A stretch of DNA of 64,000 nucleotides, taken from positions 1,933 through 65,932 of the forward strand of contig JALNYN010000005.1 in assembly GCA_023229825.1 (NCBI GenBank), given 5' to 3'. Positions within the stretch are counted from its first letter, which is position 1; each line of letters opens with the position of its first letter. The notes beneath the pieces were generated by a model that saw only the letters and a program-made list of their open reading frames with translations, searched no databases and was not told the DNA's origin. Both the position numbers and the translations under genes were made by a program. This document shows, piece after piece, positions 40,377 to 49,650 of this stretch. Source of the stretch: Minisyncoccota bacterium (GTDB lineage Bacteria > Patescibacteriota > Minisyncoccia > Phycocordibacterales > CAIJYI01).

Positions 40377-40820
40377 ATGAATTATAGAAAAAAAATATTA
40401 TTATTTTATTTTACTTTATGTTTTTTCCTGTTAATAAGTATTATTCCATTTGCACCTCATTGGTTTGGATTTTGTGATAGTTTTGTAGACTACGAATGCA
40501 AAGATAAATTCAACAAATATAAGTTGTTTAGTGCGATTATTTCATTTGCATCTTCAATTATTATATTCGGTGCACTTTTAGTTCGTCTTCGAATTAAATC
40601 AAAAGAAGCGTTTCTGGTGTGGCAAAAATTTGCAATTATTTGGATTCCGATTTCTATACTCCTCATTGCAAGAGCTCCCGCTCAACGCGACTGTTTTTTC
40701 GGTGGACCTTTTTGCTCCGGGTTTGACCGAGAAGGAATGATTTGGTTTACGGCAGGCATCTTTTTTATTGTGTCCATTGCCATTATCGCAGTAAAAACAT
40801 GGAAATTGAAAGGGAAGTAA
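40377..40820 (+). CDS. 4-TM membrane protein, immunity-like paralog C
   Basis: Cys pairs, EAFLVWQKF, FDRE, IIAVKTWKLKGK. Confidence 0.78.
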   Translation: MNYRKKILLFYFTLCFFLLISIIPFAPHWFGFCDSFVDYECKDKFNKYKLFSAIISFASSIIIFGALLVRLRIKSKEAFLVWQKFAIIWIPISILLIARAPAQRDCFFGGPFCSGFDREGMIWFTAGIFFIVSIAIIAVKTWKLKGK

Positions 40821-40834
40821 ACCGTGAGAAAATT

Positions 40835-40986
40835 TTAACCAATGGAACCACCAACCGGATTACAAAAAATATCCCACCGAAAATTTCAGATAAACAGCTG
40901 CCAAGTTTTTCCGCGCAGCCCCTTCACCATAAGCAAAAAAACACCTCAACACATATTTTGAAAAGAATGGGTGCCTGGATTTATTC
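40835..40986 (+). repeat. Diverged direct repeat R3 ending in AATGGGTGCCTGGATTTATTC
   Basis: ttaaccaatg..ttacaaaaaatatcccaccgaaaatttcaga..ttttccgcgc shared with R1/R2. Confidence 0.85.
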
Positions 40987-41094
40987 AACCTTGAACTGCA
41001 ACAGTCGTCGTTGATGGTCGATAGCGCGCCGAACTTAACGAACACAGAAGAAAAGTTCGAAAAAACTCGCCGGCTTGCGGCGAGTTTTGTTTTC

Positions 41095-41283
41095 TTACAT
41101 AGGATAGGAGATCCATCTCGCATATTCGTAGAGTTCGTAGGCTATGATAACGCCCAGTAAAGCATACAGCCAGCCGACCCATTTCCAATTTTTTGAGCTA
41201 AAGTCTATCACTGCGCGAACCGCAAGCAGCAGAGCTTTAAAAATTTCTCCCGATTCTGATAAAAAATTTAATATTTTTTTCAA
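41095..41283 (-). CDS. Small membrane protein
   Basis: GAGGAGG before TTG start; TTGACA..TATAAT upstream on the minus strand; hairpin at about 41061-41090. Confidence 0.6.
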   Translation of the reverse strand: MKKILNFLSESGEIFKALLLAVRAVIDFSSKNWKWVGWLYALLGVIIAYELYEYARWISYPM

Positions 41284-41455
41284 GATTAGTCCTCCTCATG
41301 TATTTTTTTCGATAAAATATCGGTAAAATCTACTTAAAACATTATACCCTATGTGTTTTTTTGTCAATACAAAGAGCATAAAACTCTAACGGGGTCAAAT
41401 TGCCCCAAAAGATGATTTATGGTATATTGCGTCTACAACTAATAAATATACGCAT

Positions 41456-42538
41456 ATGTCAAAAGACTACTACAACATCTTAGGCGTCCCCAAAGGCGCA
41501 TCAAAAGACGATATAAAAAAAGCGTTCCGTAAACTGGCGCATCAATATCATCCTGATAAACAAGGCGGAAATGAGGCTAAATTTAAGGAGATCAACGAAG
41601 CGTATCAGGTTCTCTCCGATGATACCAAACGGGCGACGTACGACACCTACGGCAGTAATTTCAACGGTGACATGGGAGGCGCGGGTGGTTTTGGTGGATT
41701 TGATTTTTCGGGTTTTCAGCAAGCGGCGGGCGGAGCGCAAGGTTTCGGCGGGGTGGAATTCGATCTCGGCGATATCTTCGGAGATTTCTTCGGCGGCGGA
41801 CAGCGGGGCAGAATAAAACGAGGACGCGATATTTCAATGGATCTCGAGATCTCATTTTCCGAGTCGGTATTTGGTACGGAAAGAAAGGTGCTGATCACTA
41901 AAACGATCGTGTGTGATGAGTGCCGCGGGACAGGAGGAAAACCCGGAACAAAAATGAAGAAATGCGAAACATGCAACGGTCAGGGAAAAGTGCATGACGC
42001 AAAGAAAACAATGTTCGGTACGTTCAGCACGGTTCGCGAGTGCAGCGTATGTGCCGGCAAAGGAGAAGTTCCAACCGAGAAATGCGCGAAGTGTCGCGGA
42101 GCAGGAGCTCTCAAAGGACAAGAAGAGATCAAGATCGTTATCCCTCCGGGAATTTCAAACGGTGAAGTTATCCGCATGAGCACGAAAGGCGAAGCTATGC
42201 CTGGCGGCGTTGCGGGTGATCTGTATGTTAAAATTCATTGCCACCCTCACGCGTTCTTGAGAAGGGAAGGCGTCAATCTCGTAATGGATCTGGATATTAA
42301 ACTCACCGATGCGCTTCTCGGTGCCGAGTATCCGATCGAAACGCTGGACGGAAAGATCTCGGTAAAGATCCCGGAGGGAGTTGCTCACGGTGAGATACTG
42401 CGCGTGCGCGGAAAAGGCGTGCCTGTGGATAAAACGCGCCGAGGTGATTTTCTGATCAAACTCAATATCAAGCTGCCGAAAAAGCTGTCCAAAAAAGCCG
42501 AAAAGCTTTTTACGGAATTGAAAAACGAGGGAATTTAA
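41456..42538 (+). CDS. dnaJ: Chaperone DnaJ
   Basis: J domain with HPD, G/F region, four CxxCxGxG repeats. Confidence 0.97.
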   Translation: MSKDYYNILGVPKGASKDDIKKAFRKLAHQYHPDKQGGNEAKFKEINEAYQVLSDDTKRATYDTYGSNFNGDMGGAGGFGGFDFSGFQQAAGGAQGFGGVEFDLGDIFGDFFGGGQRGRIKRGRDISMDLEISFSESVFGTERKVLITKTIVCDECRGTGGKPGTKMKKCETCNGQGKVHDAKKTMFGTFSTVRECSVCAGKGEVPTEKCAKCRGAGALKGQEEIKIVIPPGISNGEVIRMSTKGEAMPGGVAGDLYVKIHCHPHAFLRREGVNLVMDLDIKLTDALLGAEYPIETLDGKISVKIPEGVAHGEILRVRGKGVPVDKTRRGDFLIKLNIKLPKKLSKKAEKLFTELKNEGI

Positions 42539-42645
42539 ATTTAAGGTACGCCTTCCGGTATAACGGAGGGCGTATTTTATTGAAGAAAAAAGAATTTATA
42601 TGATATAATGAAAGACTAATAGGCGTCTGTGTAATTTAAAAAAAT

Positions 42646-43356
42646 ATGCAACCGACTTTAAACAAGGAGCGTTTTATATTGCCGTATTGGACATGTGAGA
42701 TCGGACAGCGCATTTCGATGCTCATAACCGGGCCAGTGTGTCGCGTATTTTTTCGGACGCGAGTCATGGGATATGAAAACATAAAAGATCTCAAGCCAGG
42801 GGTGGTATTTGCGCTAAATCATACGAGCGAATGGGATCCGATCGTTTTTGCGAATGGTTTCAACATATTTTCAAAAATGATACCGCTCTACACAACATCA
42901 AGAGAGAAAAACTTTTACAAAACAAGCGCCTTGAGATCAATATTTTACGGGGGAAATCTTTTCCGGTTCATGGGAGCTTTTCCAGTTGTTGTCGGCGTGA
43001 AAAATTATGAACGATCTCTCGCGTTCCATATTAAAATGCTAAAAAATGGGAAAAACGTTCTTATTTTTCCTGAAGGTCATTGCACAAAAGACGGAAAATT
43101 GCAGCCGGCGAAGGGTGGTGTCGTGGCGCTCGCGAGGGCGGCGAACGTACCCGTCATTCCGGTCGGGGTCACTGGTCTTTTTAACATTACGCCGAAAGAA
43201 TTTTTTTTGAGGAAGCGCCGAGTTGGTCTTTATTTCGGAAAACCGATATATCCGAATGAACTTTTTCTTGAGAACGGACGAGTGGGATATTCTGCGTATC
43301 CTCAAATCGCGAATGAAATAATAATGTCAAAGATCGCGGAACTTATCGATCTATAA
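42646..43356 (+). CDS. Lysophospholipid acyltransferase (PlsC family)
   Basis: NHTSEWD (HX4D), IFPEG, VPVIPV. Confidence 0.9.
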   Translation: MQPTLNKERFILPYWTCEIGQRISMLITGPVCRVFFRTRVMGYENIKDLKPGVVFALNHTSEWDPIVFANGFNIFSKMIPLYTTSREKNFYKTSALRSIFYGGNLFRFMGAFPVVVGVKNYERSLAFHIKMLKNGKNVLIFPEGHCTKDGKLQPAKGGVVALARAANVPVIPVGVTGLFNITPKEFFLRKRRVGLYFGKPIYPNELFLENGRVGYSAYPQIANEIIMSKIAELIDL

Positions 43357-43372
43357 TAAATTTTCGTGTTAT

Positions 43373-44446
43373 ATGTCTTCGCACGTTAAAATAATGCCGG
43401 AGGATGGAATGGACAGCGAACATCGTTTTGCTTTTTTGGTGCACCCGCGCGGATTTAACGACATCTATCTCACGTTTCCTTTCACCCGTTTTTTGCCCAA
43501 GTGGCTGGTCAGAAAAGTTTTTTTGCTTATCGGACCCATGGTGGTCGGGAAGGTATACGGACTTAAAACTTCCGACGGAAAAACTGCCAAAGGCGAGATC
43601 ATCACCGTTCCAATGACAGCGCGAGACATGCTCGAGAACCGAGAATTGGCCGCGCGCGAAGTGGAGGGCTGTATTCGCCTTGCTGAAAAGCGCGGCGCAA
43701 GAATGGTTGGTTTGGGCTCGCTTACTTCTGTGGTGGTCGGCGGAGGCGTCGACGTTGTCGGAAAATTTAAAACAAAGATCACGAATGGAAATGCGTTAAC
43801 GGTTTTTATGGCGTATCAGGGCATTCGAGCTGTCTGTGAAAAAAAAGGCATTGATATGAAAACGGCGCAATTTGCGATCGTCGGCGCATCTGGATCAACG
43901 GGAAGCGGAATATCTAAGATGCTCATTCGTGATGGCGGAGCGCGAAGCGAATTGATCATGATCGGACGAACACCATCGCATCTTGAAAGCCTTTCTAATG
44001 AAATGCAAGAATTTTTCCCCGATGCAAAAGTAAAAATAACGAATGATATGACGGAAACGATCCATGCCGATGTTGTGATCGTTGCAACGAGCGCCGAAGG
44101 GGCGATCCTTAAAGCTGAAAATCTCAAAAAAAATGCGGTCGTATATGATGTGACGCAGCCGCAAAATGTCACGCGGTCCATTATGGACGGCCGTCCCGAT
44201 CTCTTAGTTGTGGATGGCGCGATAACGAAACTTCCGGAAGGTGTCGGATATACGGTAAACATGGGTCTTGTAAAAGGAGAGTCATTCTCTTGTATGGCGG
44301 AAACCATGCTTCTGGGGCTTGAAAAATACCCTGAAGATTTTTGTATCGGGCGCGTTACGATGGAGAAGATCGACACGATCTCAATCTTGGCTGAAAGTTA
44401 CGGCTTTAAACCCGCGCCTCTTAGAAGCTGGGGAAAAATTATTTAG
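43373..44446 (+). CDS. Acyl-ACP reductase-like / shikimate dehydrogenase-like NAD(P)-binding protein
   Basis: FAFLVHP, GLGSLTSVV, TNGNALT, VGASGSTG, YDVTQP, SCMAETMLL. Confidence 0.7.
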   Translation: MSSHVKIMPEDGMDSEHRFAFLVHPRGFNDIYLTFPFTRFLPKWLVRKVFLLIGPMVVGKVYGLKTSDGKTAKGEIITVPMTARDMLENRELAAREVEGCIRLAEKRGARMVGLGSLTSVVVGGGVDVVGKFKTKITNGNALTVFMAYQGIRAVCEKKGIDMKTAQFAIVGASGSTGSGISKMLIRDGGARSELIMIGRTPSHLESLSNEMQEFFPDAKVKITNDMTETIHADVVIVATSAEGAILKAENLKKNAVVYDVTQPQNVTRSIMDGRPDLLVVDGAITKLPEGVGYTVNMGLVKGESFSCMAETMLLGLEKYPEDFCIGRVTMEKIDTISILAESYGFKPAPLRSWGKII

Positions 44447-44462
44447 CGATGAAAAATCAACT

Positions 44463-46097
44463 ATGAATTCTTTCTCTTTTTTTTACGGCATGGGGACTGA
44501 AAATATTCTTCTTCTTTCTGCTGGAACTATCAATCTTGCTTTTGCGGTCCTTTTGTTTTTTACGGATCAGCGCAATAAAAAAAATATTCTTTTTTCGCTC
44601 ATCGCAGTCTCAATTTCAATGTGGGCGTTTTCAATGGCGGGTTTCTATCTTTCTTCCAATGCCACTTTGGTAAATATTCTTTCTGTGTGTCTTTATGTTT
44701 CAGCAGCGTGTTTTCCGTTTTTTTTCTATTTTTTTGTCAGCTCGTTAGGAGGAAGTGAACAACCTCTGCCGCTTCGTAATAAAATGACCGCCGTTGCGGC
44801 GTTTATATTATCGGTGATCATTGTAAATATTCCTGATTTTGTTATCACCGTTCCGGATAACTCATCAGTAAAAACATTTCTTTTTGGACCCGGATATATA
44901 TTATACGAGTTGTATCAAGTAACATATTTATCTGTCTGTTTTCATCTTCTTTTTGAAAAATACAAAAAAGCCACGGAACCGCTTTTGAAAAAGCAGCTGC
45001 TATTTCTTTTTCTGGGATTATTTTCAGGTTCTTTTATTTGCGTACTGACGAATTTGGTGTTCCCTGCAATCGGGTGGTGGGATTGGTTTTGGTTCGGTCC
45101 CGTTGCGACTATCATCATGGTCGTCTTTGTCGGCTATTCCACGGTCAAGCATAATCTGTTCAATACAAAATCGGTCGTCGTGGTTGCGGTCACGTTTGTT
45201 CTTTGGGTTGCGATGGCAATGAGGCTTTTCCTCTCTGTGAGAATGGAAGATTATGTCATCAATGGATCCCTCTTCGTTCTCGTTGTCGGCAGCGGACTTA
45301 TTCTCATTCGCGCCATATATCAGGAGATCGACCAGCTTGAAAAGATCGAAAGCATCGCAAAAGATCTCGAGATCGCCAACGAACATCTTCGCGTGCTTGA
45401 TAAACAAAAATCAGAATTTGTCTCTATCGCTTCGCATCAGCTTCGCACTCCTCTGACCGCTATCACGGGCTATACTTCCATGGTCATTGAAGGGTCCAAT
45501 GGTCCGGTTTCCGAGAAAGTGACGGACGTTCTCAGCAAGGTGCTCGAGTCCAGTCGCCGTCTCGCCGTCATTATCGATGATTTCCTCACGATCAGCCATA
45601 TCGAACAGGGAAAAATGACCTACAAATTTGAAACGGTCGAAATGAAGCAAATGACGCAAAATATCGTTGAAGAATTCGCCGAGCGGGCAAAGCTGAAAAA
45701 TTTATCGCTCACATTCACCTCGGACGGATACGACACCTATAATGTCACCGCCGATTCGGGGAAGATCCGACAAATACTTTCCAATCTCATCGATAATTCC
45801 ATAAAATATACGCCCGCAGGCTCGGTCGAAGTGCATCTTTCCAAAGACTTCGGACTTCGAAAAACGCGCATCATGATCAAAGACACCGGCATAGGACTGT
45901 CGAGAGAATCGATCGCGGCGCTGTTTCAGAAATTCAGCCGCGCCAAAGAAGTGCAGAAAGTGTATACCGACGGCAGTGGTATCGGGCTCTATATCGGACA
46001 AGAGCTTATAAAGGCGCATCACGGCCGCATCTGGGTTGAATCGGAAGGGGAAGGAAAAGGTTCTTCATTCTTTATTGAACTATTAAGCGAAGACTAA
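44463..46097 (+). CDS. Sensor histidine kinase with N-terminal multi-TM domain
   Basis: ASHQLRTPL H box, NLIDNSIKY, DTGIG, GSGIGL, G.GSSF. Confidence 0.93.
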   Translation: MNSFSFFYGMGTENILLLSAGTINLAFAVLLFFTDQRNKKNILFSLIAVSISMWAFSMAGFYLSSNATLVNILSVCLYVSAACFPFFFYFFVSSLGGSEQPLPLRNKMTAVAAFILSVIIVNIPDFVITVPDNSSVKTFLFGPGYILYELYQVTYLSVCFHLLFEKYKKATEPLLKKQLLFLFLGLFSGSFICVLTNLVFPAIGWWDWFWFGPVATIIMVVFVGYSTVKHNLFNTKSVVVVAVTFVLWVAMAMRLFLSVRMEDYVINGSLFVLVVGSGLILIRAIYQEIDQLEKIESIAKDLEIANEHLRVLDKQKSEFVSIASHQLRTPLTAITGYTSMVIEGSNGPVSEKVTDVLSKVLESSRRLAVIIDDFLTISHIEQGKMTYKFETVEMKQMTQNIVEEFAERAKLKNLSLTFTSDGYDTYNVTADSGKIRQILSNLIDNSIKYTPAGSVEVHLSKDFGLRKTRIMIKDTGIGLSRESIAALFQKFSRAKEVQKVYTDGSGIGLYIGQELIKAHHGRIWVESEGEGKGSSFFIELLSED

Positions 46098-46212
46098 ATA
46101 CTAATATACGAATAGTACCAATATACGAATGGATACGAATGCGGACGGTTCCGGCGTTCGTCGTCGTATTCGTTGCCATTCGTATATTGGTACCCATTCG
46201 TATATTAGTATT
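46097..46212. repeat. Long inverted repeat built of ATACGAAT units; right arm recurs at 52561-52607, partial left arm at about 30888-30914
   Basis: 46165-46211 vs 52561-52607 differ at 1 of 47 nt. Confidence 0.8.
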
Positions 46213-46241
46213 TTTGTGAACGTTATGTTAAATTTATAGTT

Positions 46242-47639
46242 ATGACATCTCAAGAAATAGAAAAAAAGATCGACGATCTTCTTACCCGAGGGGTGGGGCA
46301 ATTTGTGGATCCGAACGGGGCTTTTCGCAAAAAACTTCAGGCAAAAGCCGAAGGAAAGTATCCCAAAGATATTGTCATCAAATTCGGAGTGGACCCGACG
46401 CGGCCCGACATTCATTTGGGGCATGCGGTCATTTTGCGAAAGCTGCGCGGTTTTCAGGAGCTTGGCTGCAAAGTGATATTCCTGATCGGCGATTACACGG
46501 CTTCGATCGGCGATCCGACCGGAAAAAGCAAAGTGCGCCCTGAGGTAGAACAGAAAGAGATCGAAGAAAACATGAAAACCTATCTCGAACAGGTGGGGAA
46601 GATCCTCCGCACCGATGCCGCGGTTTTTTCGTGGATCAGGAACTCCGACTGGTTCTATGGGGTCGCGGATATTTTTTCCCCGAAGGAGATCACTATCACT
46701 CAGGATGGCACTTCGCTCACTTTCCCGAAAAATTCATTTCTTGCCAAAGCGGCCATCTTCGACCAGAGCCGCATGCAGAGAACGCACTTAAAAAAAGAGT
46801 CCATCGAAAGTCTTACTTTTCGAGGACTGCTTTGGACCTTGCGCCACATCACGCACGGCCGCCTCATTCAGCGCGATATGTTCCAGGAGAGGATCAAGAA
46901 CGGGGAAGAACTGTACATGCATGAAATGCTGTATCCGGTCATTCAGGGAATTGATTCTTTCATTCTTTCGCAGATCTATGGAAGCTGCGATCTGGAAGTC
47001 GGCGGAACGGATCAAACGTTCAACATGCTTATGGGACGCGATGTCATGAAAGTAAACCATGCTGAAGAGCAGTCCGTGTTATCTTTCGAACTTCTCGTCG
47101 GTACTGACGGAAAAGAAAAAATGAGCAAAAGTTTGGATAATTTTATCGCGATCACCGATGTTCCGTTTGATATGTACGGAAAGGTCATGTCTGTTCCGGA
47201 CAGCGCGCTTATCACTTATTTCGCTCTCTGTACGTACACGCCGCTCGATATGATCGAGGATATTTTTGATAAGATCAAAAAAGGGGGAAATCCTCGAGAT
47301 GCCAAAATGCGTCTCGCGAAGGAGATCGTTTCGATCTACCACGGGGAAGCGAAGGCAGTCCATGCGGAAGAAGAATACATAAAAACATTCCAGAAAGGAG
47401 GCGTTCCCGAAGGCATTCCGGAGATCGATATTTCGCACGGAGAATCGGAAGCCTTTGAAATTTTGAAGAAGTGTTTCGGCGAAGAAAAAAGCAATACGGA
47501 GATTCGCCGTCTTTTCGACGAGGGCGCAATAACCATCGGCAATGAAAAGATCACCGATCCGAAAGCAAAGATCACCCCAAAAAACGGCCAAGTCATAAAA
47601 GCCGGAAAAAAAACATGGTTTAAGGTAAAAATGGGGTAA
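46242..47639 (+). CDS. tyrS: Tyrosine--tRNA ligase
   Basis: GVDPT..HLGH, IGDPTG, YPVIQG.D, GGTDQ.FN, KMSKS, C-terminal S4-like domain. Confidence 0.96.
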   Translation: MTSQEIEKKIDDLLTRGVGQFVDPNGAFRKKLQAKAEGKYPKDIVIKFGVDPTRPDIHLGHAVILRKLRGFQELGCKVIFLIGDYTASIGDPTGKSKVRPEVEQKEIEENMKTYLEQVGKILRTDAAVFSWIRNSDWFYGVADIFSPKEITITQDGTSLTFPKNSFLAKAAIFDQSRMQRTHLKKESIESLTFRGLLWTLRHITHGRLIQRDMFQERIKNGEELYMHEMLYPVIQGIDSFILSQIYGSCDLEVGGTDQTFNMLMGRDVMKVNHAEEQSVLSFELLVGTDGKEKMSKSLDNFIAITDVPFDMYGKVMSVPDSALITYFALCTYTPLDMIEDIFDKIKKGGNPRDAKMRLAKEIVSIYHGEAKAVHAEEEYIKTFQKGGVPEGIPEIDISHGESEAFEILKKCFGEEKSNTEIRRLFDEGAITIGNEKITDPKAKITPKNGQVIKAGKKTWFKVKMG

Positions 47640-47680
47640 GATGTTGCAATTTCTCGAAATTCGTGTATGATAAAGGAACT

Positions 47681-47992
47681 ATGAAATTCGCAATTATCGA
47701 AACAGGAGGAAAACAATACCGAATTGAGCAGGGGCAGACGTTCCATGTGGAGAAGCTCGCTGTCGAAAACGAAGGAGAAAAAGTCTTGTTTGACAAGGTA
47801 CTTTTACTCTCGGACGAGGGAAAAGTCACCATTGGAACTCCGTATATCGAAGGAACGGTCATCGAATGCGCCTACGAGGGCAACGGACGAAACGCCAAGG
47901 TTACCACGATCAAATACAAGCAAAAAAGCAACTATTTTAAGAAAAGGGGACATCGCCAGACATTCTCTAAGGTTACCGTTTCAAAGATCTAA
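47681..47992 (+). CDS. rplU: 50S ribosomal protein L21
   Basis: FAIIETGGKQY, GTPYI, KRGHRQ. Confidence 0.96.
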   Translation: MKFAIIETGGKQYRIEQGQTFHVEKLAVENEGEKVLFDKVLLLSDEGKVTIGTPYIEGTVIECAYEGNGRNAKVTTIKYKQKSNYFKKRGHRQTFSKVTVSKI

Positions 47993-48078
47993 ACAACCTA
48001 ACAAGCTCTGAAAGGGGCTTGTTTTGCAATATAAAACACAGCTTGTCAAGACATCTCAAAAATGATATAATTAACAAC

Positions 48079-48439
48079 AGGTTCCCGTATCGGATAGTTG
48101 CCCCGAGTTTGTCGAGGGGAGGAAAGTCCGAACACACACTGCCGTCACAAGCGACAGTAGCATGGTAGCGGGTAACGCCCGTCCGGAGCGATCCGCGAGA
48201 TGCGAGCAGAGACGGTTTGTTTTGAAAGAAACAAACTATCCTTCGCAAGAAGGATAAGTTCTCTTGGTAACAAGAGAGGTGAAACGGCTAAACTCTTACC
48301 GGTGTGCAAGGCCGTGTCCCGATTTATCGGGAAGTGCCGCTTGAGGGTTGTGGTAACATAACTCCCAGATAAATAACTATCGTCCTGCGTAGCCTCGGCA
48401 AAGCAGGATACAGAATTCGGCTTACAGATACGAGAACCT
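48079..48439 (+). ncRNA. rnpB: RNase P RNA (bacterial)
   Basis: P1 aggttcccgtatc/gatacgagaacct; GAGGAAAGTCC and AGAATTCGGCTTA P4 strands; GGTGAAACGG..AAAC, GCAAG, GGTAAC. Confidence 0.95.
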
Positions 48440-48441
48440 AA

Positions 48442-48477
48442 TAAAAACACTTGGCGGTCTAACCGCCAAGTGTTTTT
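48442..48477 (+). terminator. Terminator after rnpB
   Basis: aaaaacacttggcggt-cta-accgccaagtgttttt. Confidence 0.85.
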
Positions 48478-48556
48478 AGAAACGCCACGTTTTGACAAAA
48501 ATAATTAATTATGTTAAGTTACGAAGCGGTTTGGTCCAGAATAGGAGATATATATC

Positions 48557-48817
48557 ATGAAGTTTCAACCGAAAGATTTTAATCAGGTTACTGAAGCGCC
48601 GATAGGGCTCGGTATGCGCAAAATTGAAAATGAAGAATTTGCTGCGTATGTATTGAACCGGCACATCAAAGCGGATCAGGAATTTGATATCCCTTTCTCA
48701 TACAAGAATGATCATAGTAATATGGCCCCGGAATTTCTTAATGATCACGGCGAGCGGAAATATACCCTCACAAGAAAATCGCTTGCGTTACTATGGGCGA
48801 AGTATGGCAAAGAGTAA
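48557..48817 (+). CDS. Hypothetical protein
   Basis: AGGAGA SD; TTGACA upstream at 48492; 86 aa. Confidence 0.65.
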   Translation: MKFQPKDFNQVTEAPIGLGMRKIENEEFAAYVLNRHIKADQEFDIPFSYKNDHSNMAPEFLNDHGERKYTLTRKSLALLWAKYGKE

Positions 48818-49028
48818 AATATACCCGTCGCGGATGCAAAGCAAAAATGCCTGTCATGAGAACCGGCGGAACGACTTTTTTTGGCGGTTGGTCAGGTGAA
48901 TGGAGAAAGGACAAGTCCGTCAAATAATATCAAATCACTTGGGTTTACTCCAAGTGATTTTTTTTGCATGTCGTCCGTATACCTATACTCATCTCCAATT
49001 AACCTGTTCTTTTTTCTAACGCACCTAT

Positions 49029-49102
49029 CGTCATTCCGGACTTGATCCGGAATCCACGTCCGGCGGTATGGCGTGGATCCCGGGTCCCGGCCCGGGATGA
49101 CG
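49029..49102. repeat. Family A paired element (no nested insert)
   Basis: cgtcattccggacttgatccggaatccacg...cgtggatcccgggtcccggcccgggatgacg. Confidence 0.88.
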
Positions 49103-49269
49103 AATGAAATTGTTTAGTTAGAAATGGAAATTACGCGTCCTATTGTTCCATTCTCGCGCGTAATTGCCCGTCGCCGTTCGTTCCCTGATACTGATACTTT
49201 CTCCTGATACTTTAACGCTGTGGATTACTCTCACTTTGCTGTAGACGCTCCATGAGGTATACTGTGTAC

Positions 49270-49590
49270 ATGGATAGTATATTAAAATCCGACGTATTTT
49301 TTTTCGTAACGACGATTTGCGTTTTCATCGTTACTTCACTGCTGGTGATGATACTCATCGAAGCATGGCGAGTGTTTAAGAATGTTCGAAAAATTTCCGA
49401 CCGCATTACCGATGGCGCAATGGATCTTTCAAAAGATCTCGCCGCTTTCAGAACAATGCTTCACGAGCATCAGTTCGGCTTTAAACCGATCATCGACGTT
49501 ATGAAAAAGACAGCCGCGTCTTTCTCAAAAAGCAAACCGAAAAGGGCGAGAAAAAAGAAAGCTCCTAAAGAAGAAAGCGAATTCATCTGA
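49270..49590 (+). CDS. Hypothetical membrane-anchored protein
   Basis: KSDVFFFVTT TM start; TATACT 6 nt before ATG. Confidence 0.75.
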   Translation: MDSILKSDVFFFVTTICVFIVTSLLVMILIEAWRVFKNVRKISDRITDGAMDLSKDLAAFRTMLHEHQFGFKPIIDVMKKTAASFSKSKPKRARKKKAPKEESEFI

Positions 49591-49650
49591 CCGAGACTTT
49601 TCGAAAATTATTCCCAAATTAATTATTAACAGTTAATCATAGATAATCAT

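Noticed and set aside
38394-40986. CRISPR array or integron attC array
   Set aside because: The repeats are about 150 bp with kb-scale variable spacing, no cas or intI gene is present, and there is no attC-type RYYYAAC...GTTRRRY palindrome.
41391-41406. GGGGTCAAATTGCCCC palindrome upstream of dnaJ as CIRCE or RAYT motif
   Set aside because: It does not match TTAGCACTC-N9-GAGTGCTAA and lacks the GGCAC core of the RAYT motif.
48818-48965. Possible riboswitch or RAYT motif copy (aaaaatgcctgtc)
   Set aside because: It matches no riboswitch consensus I can verify and has only a 7-8 nt match to the motif; just a terminator hairpin at about 48932-48965 is supportable.
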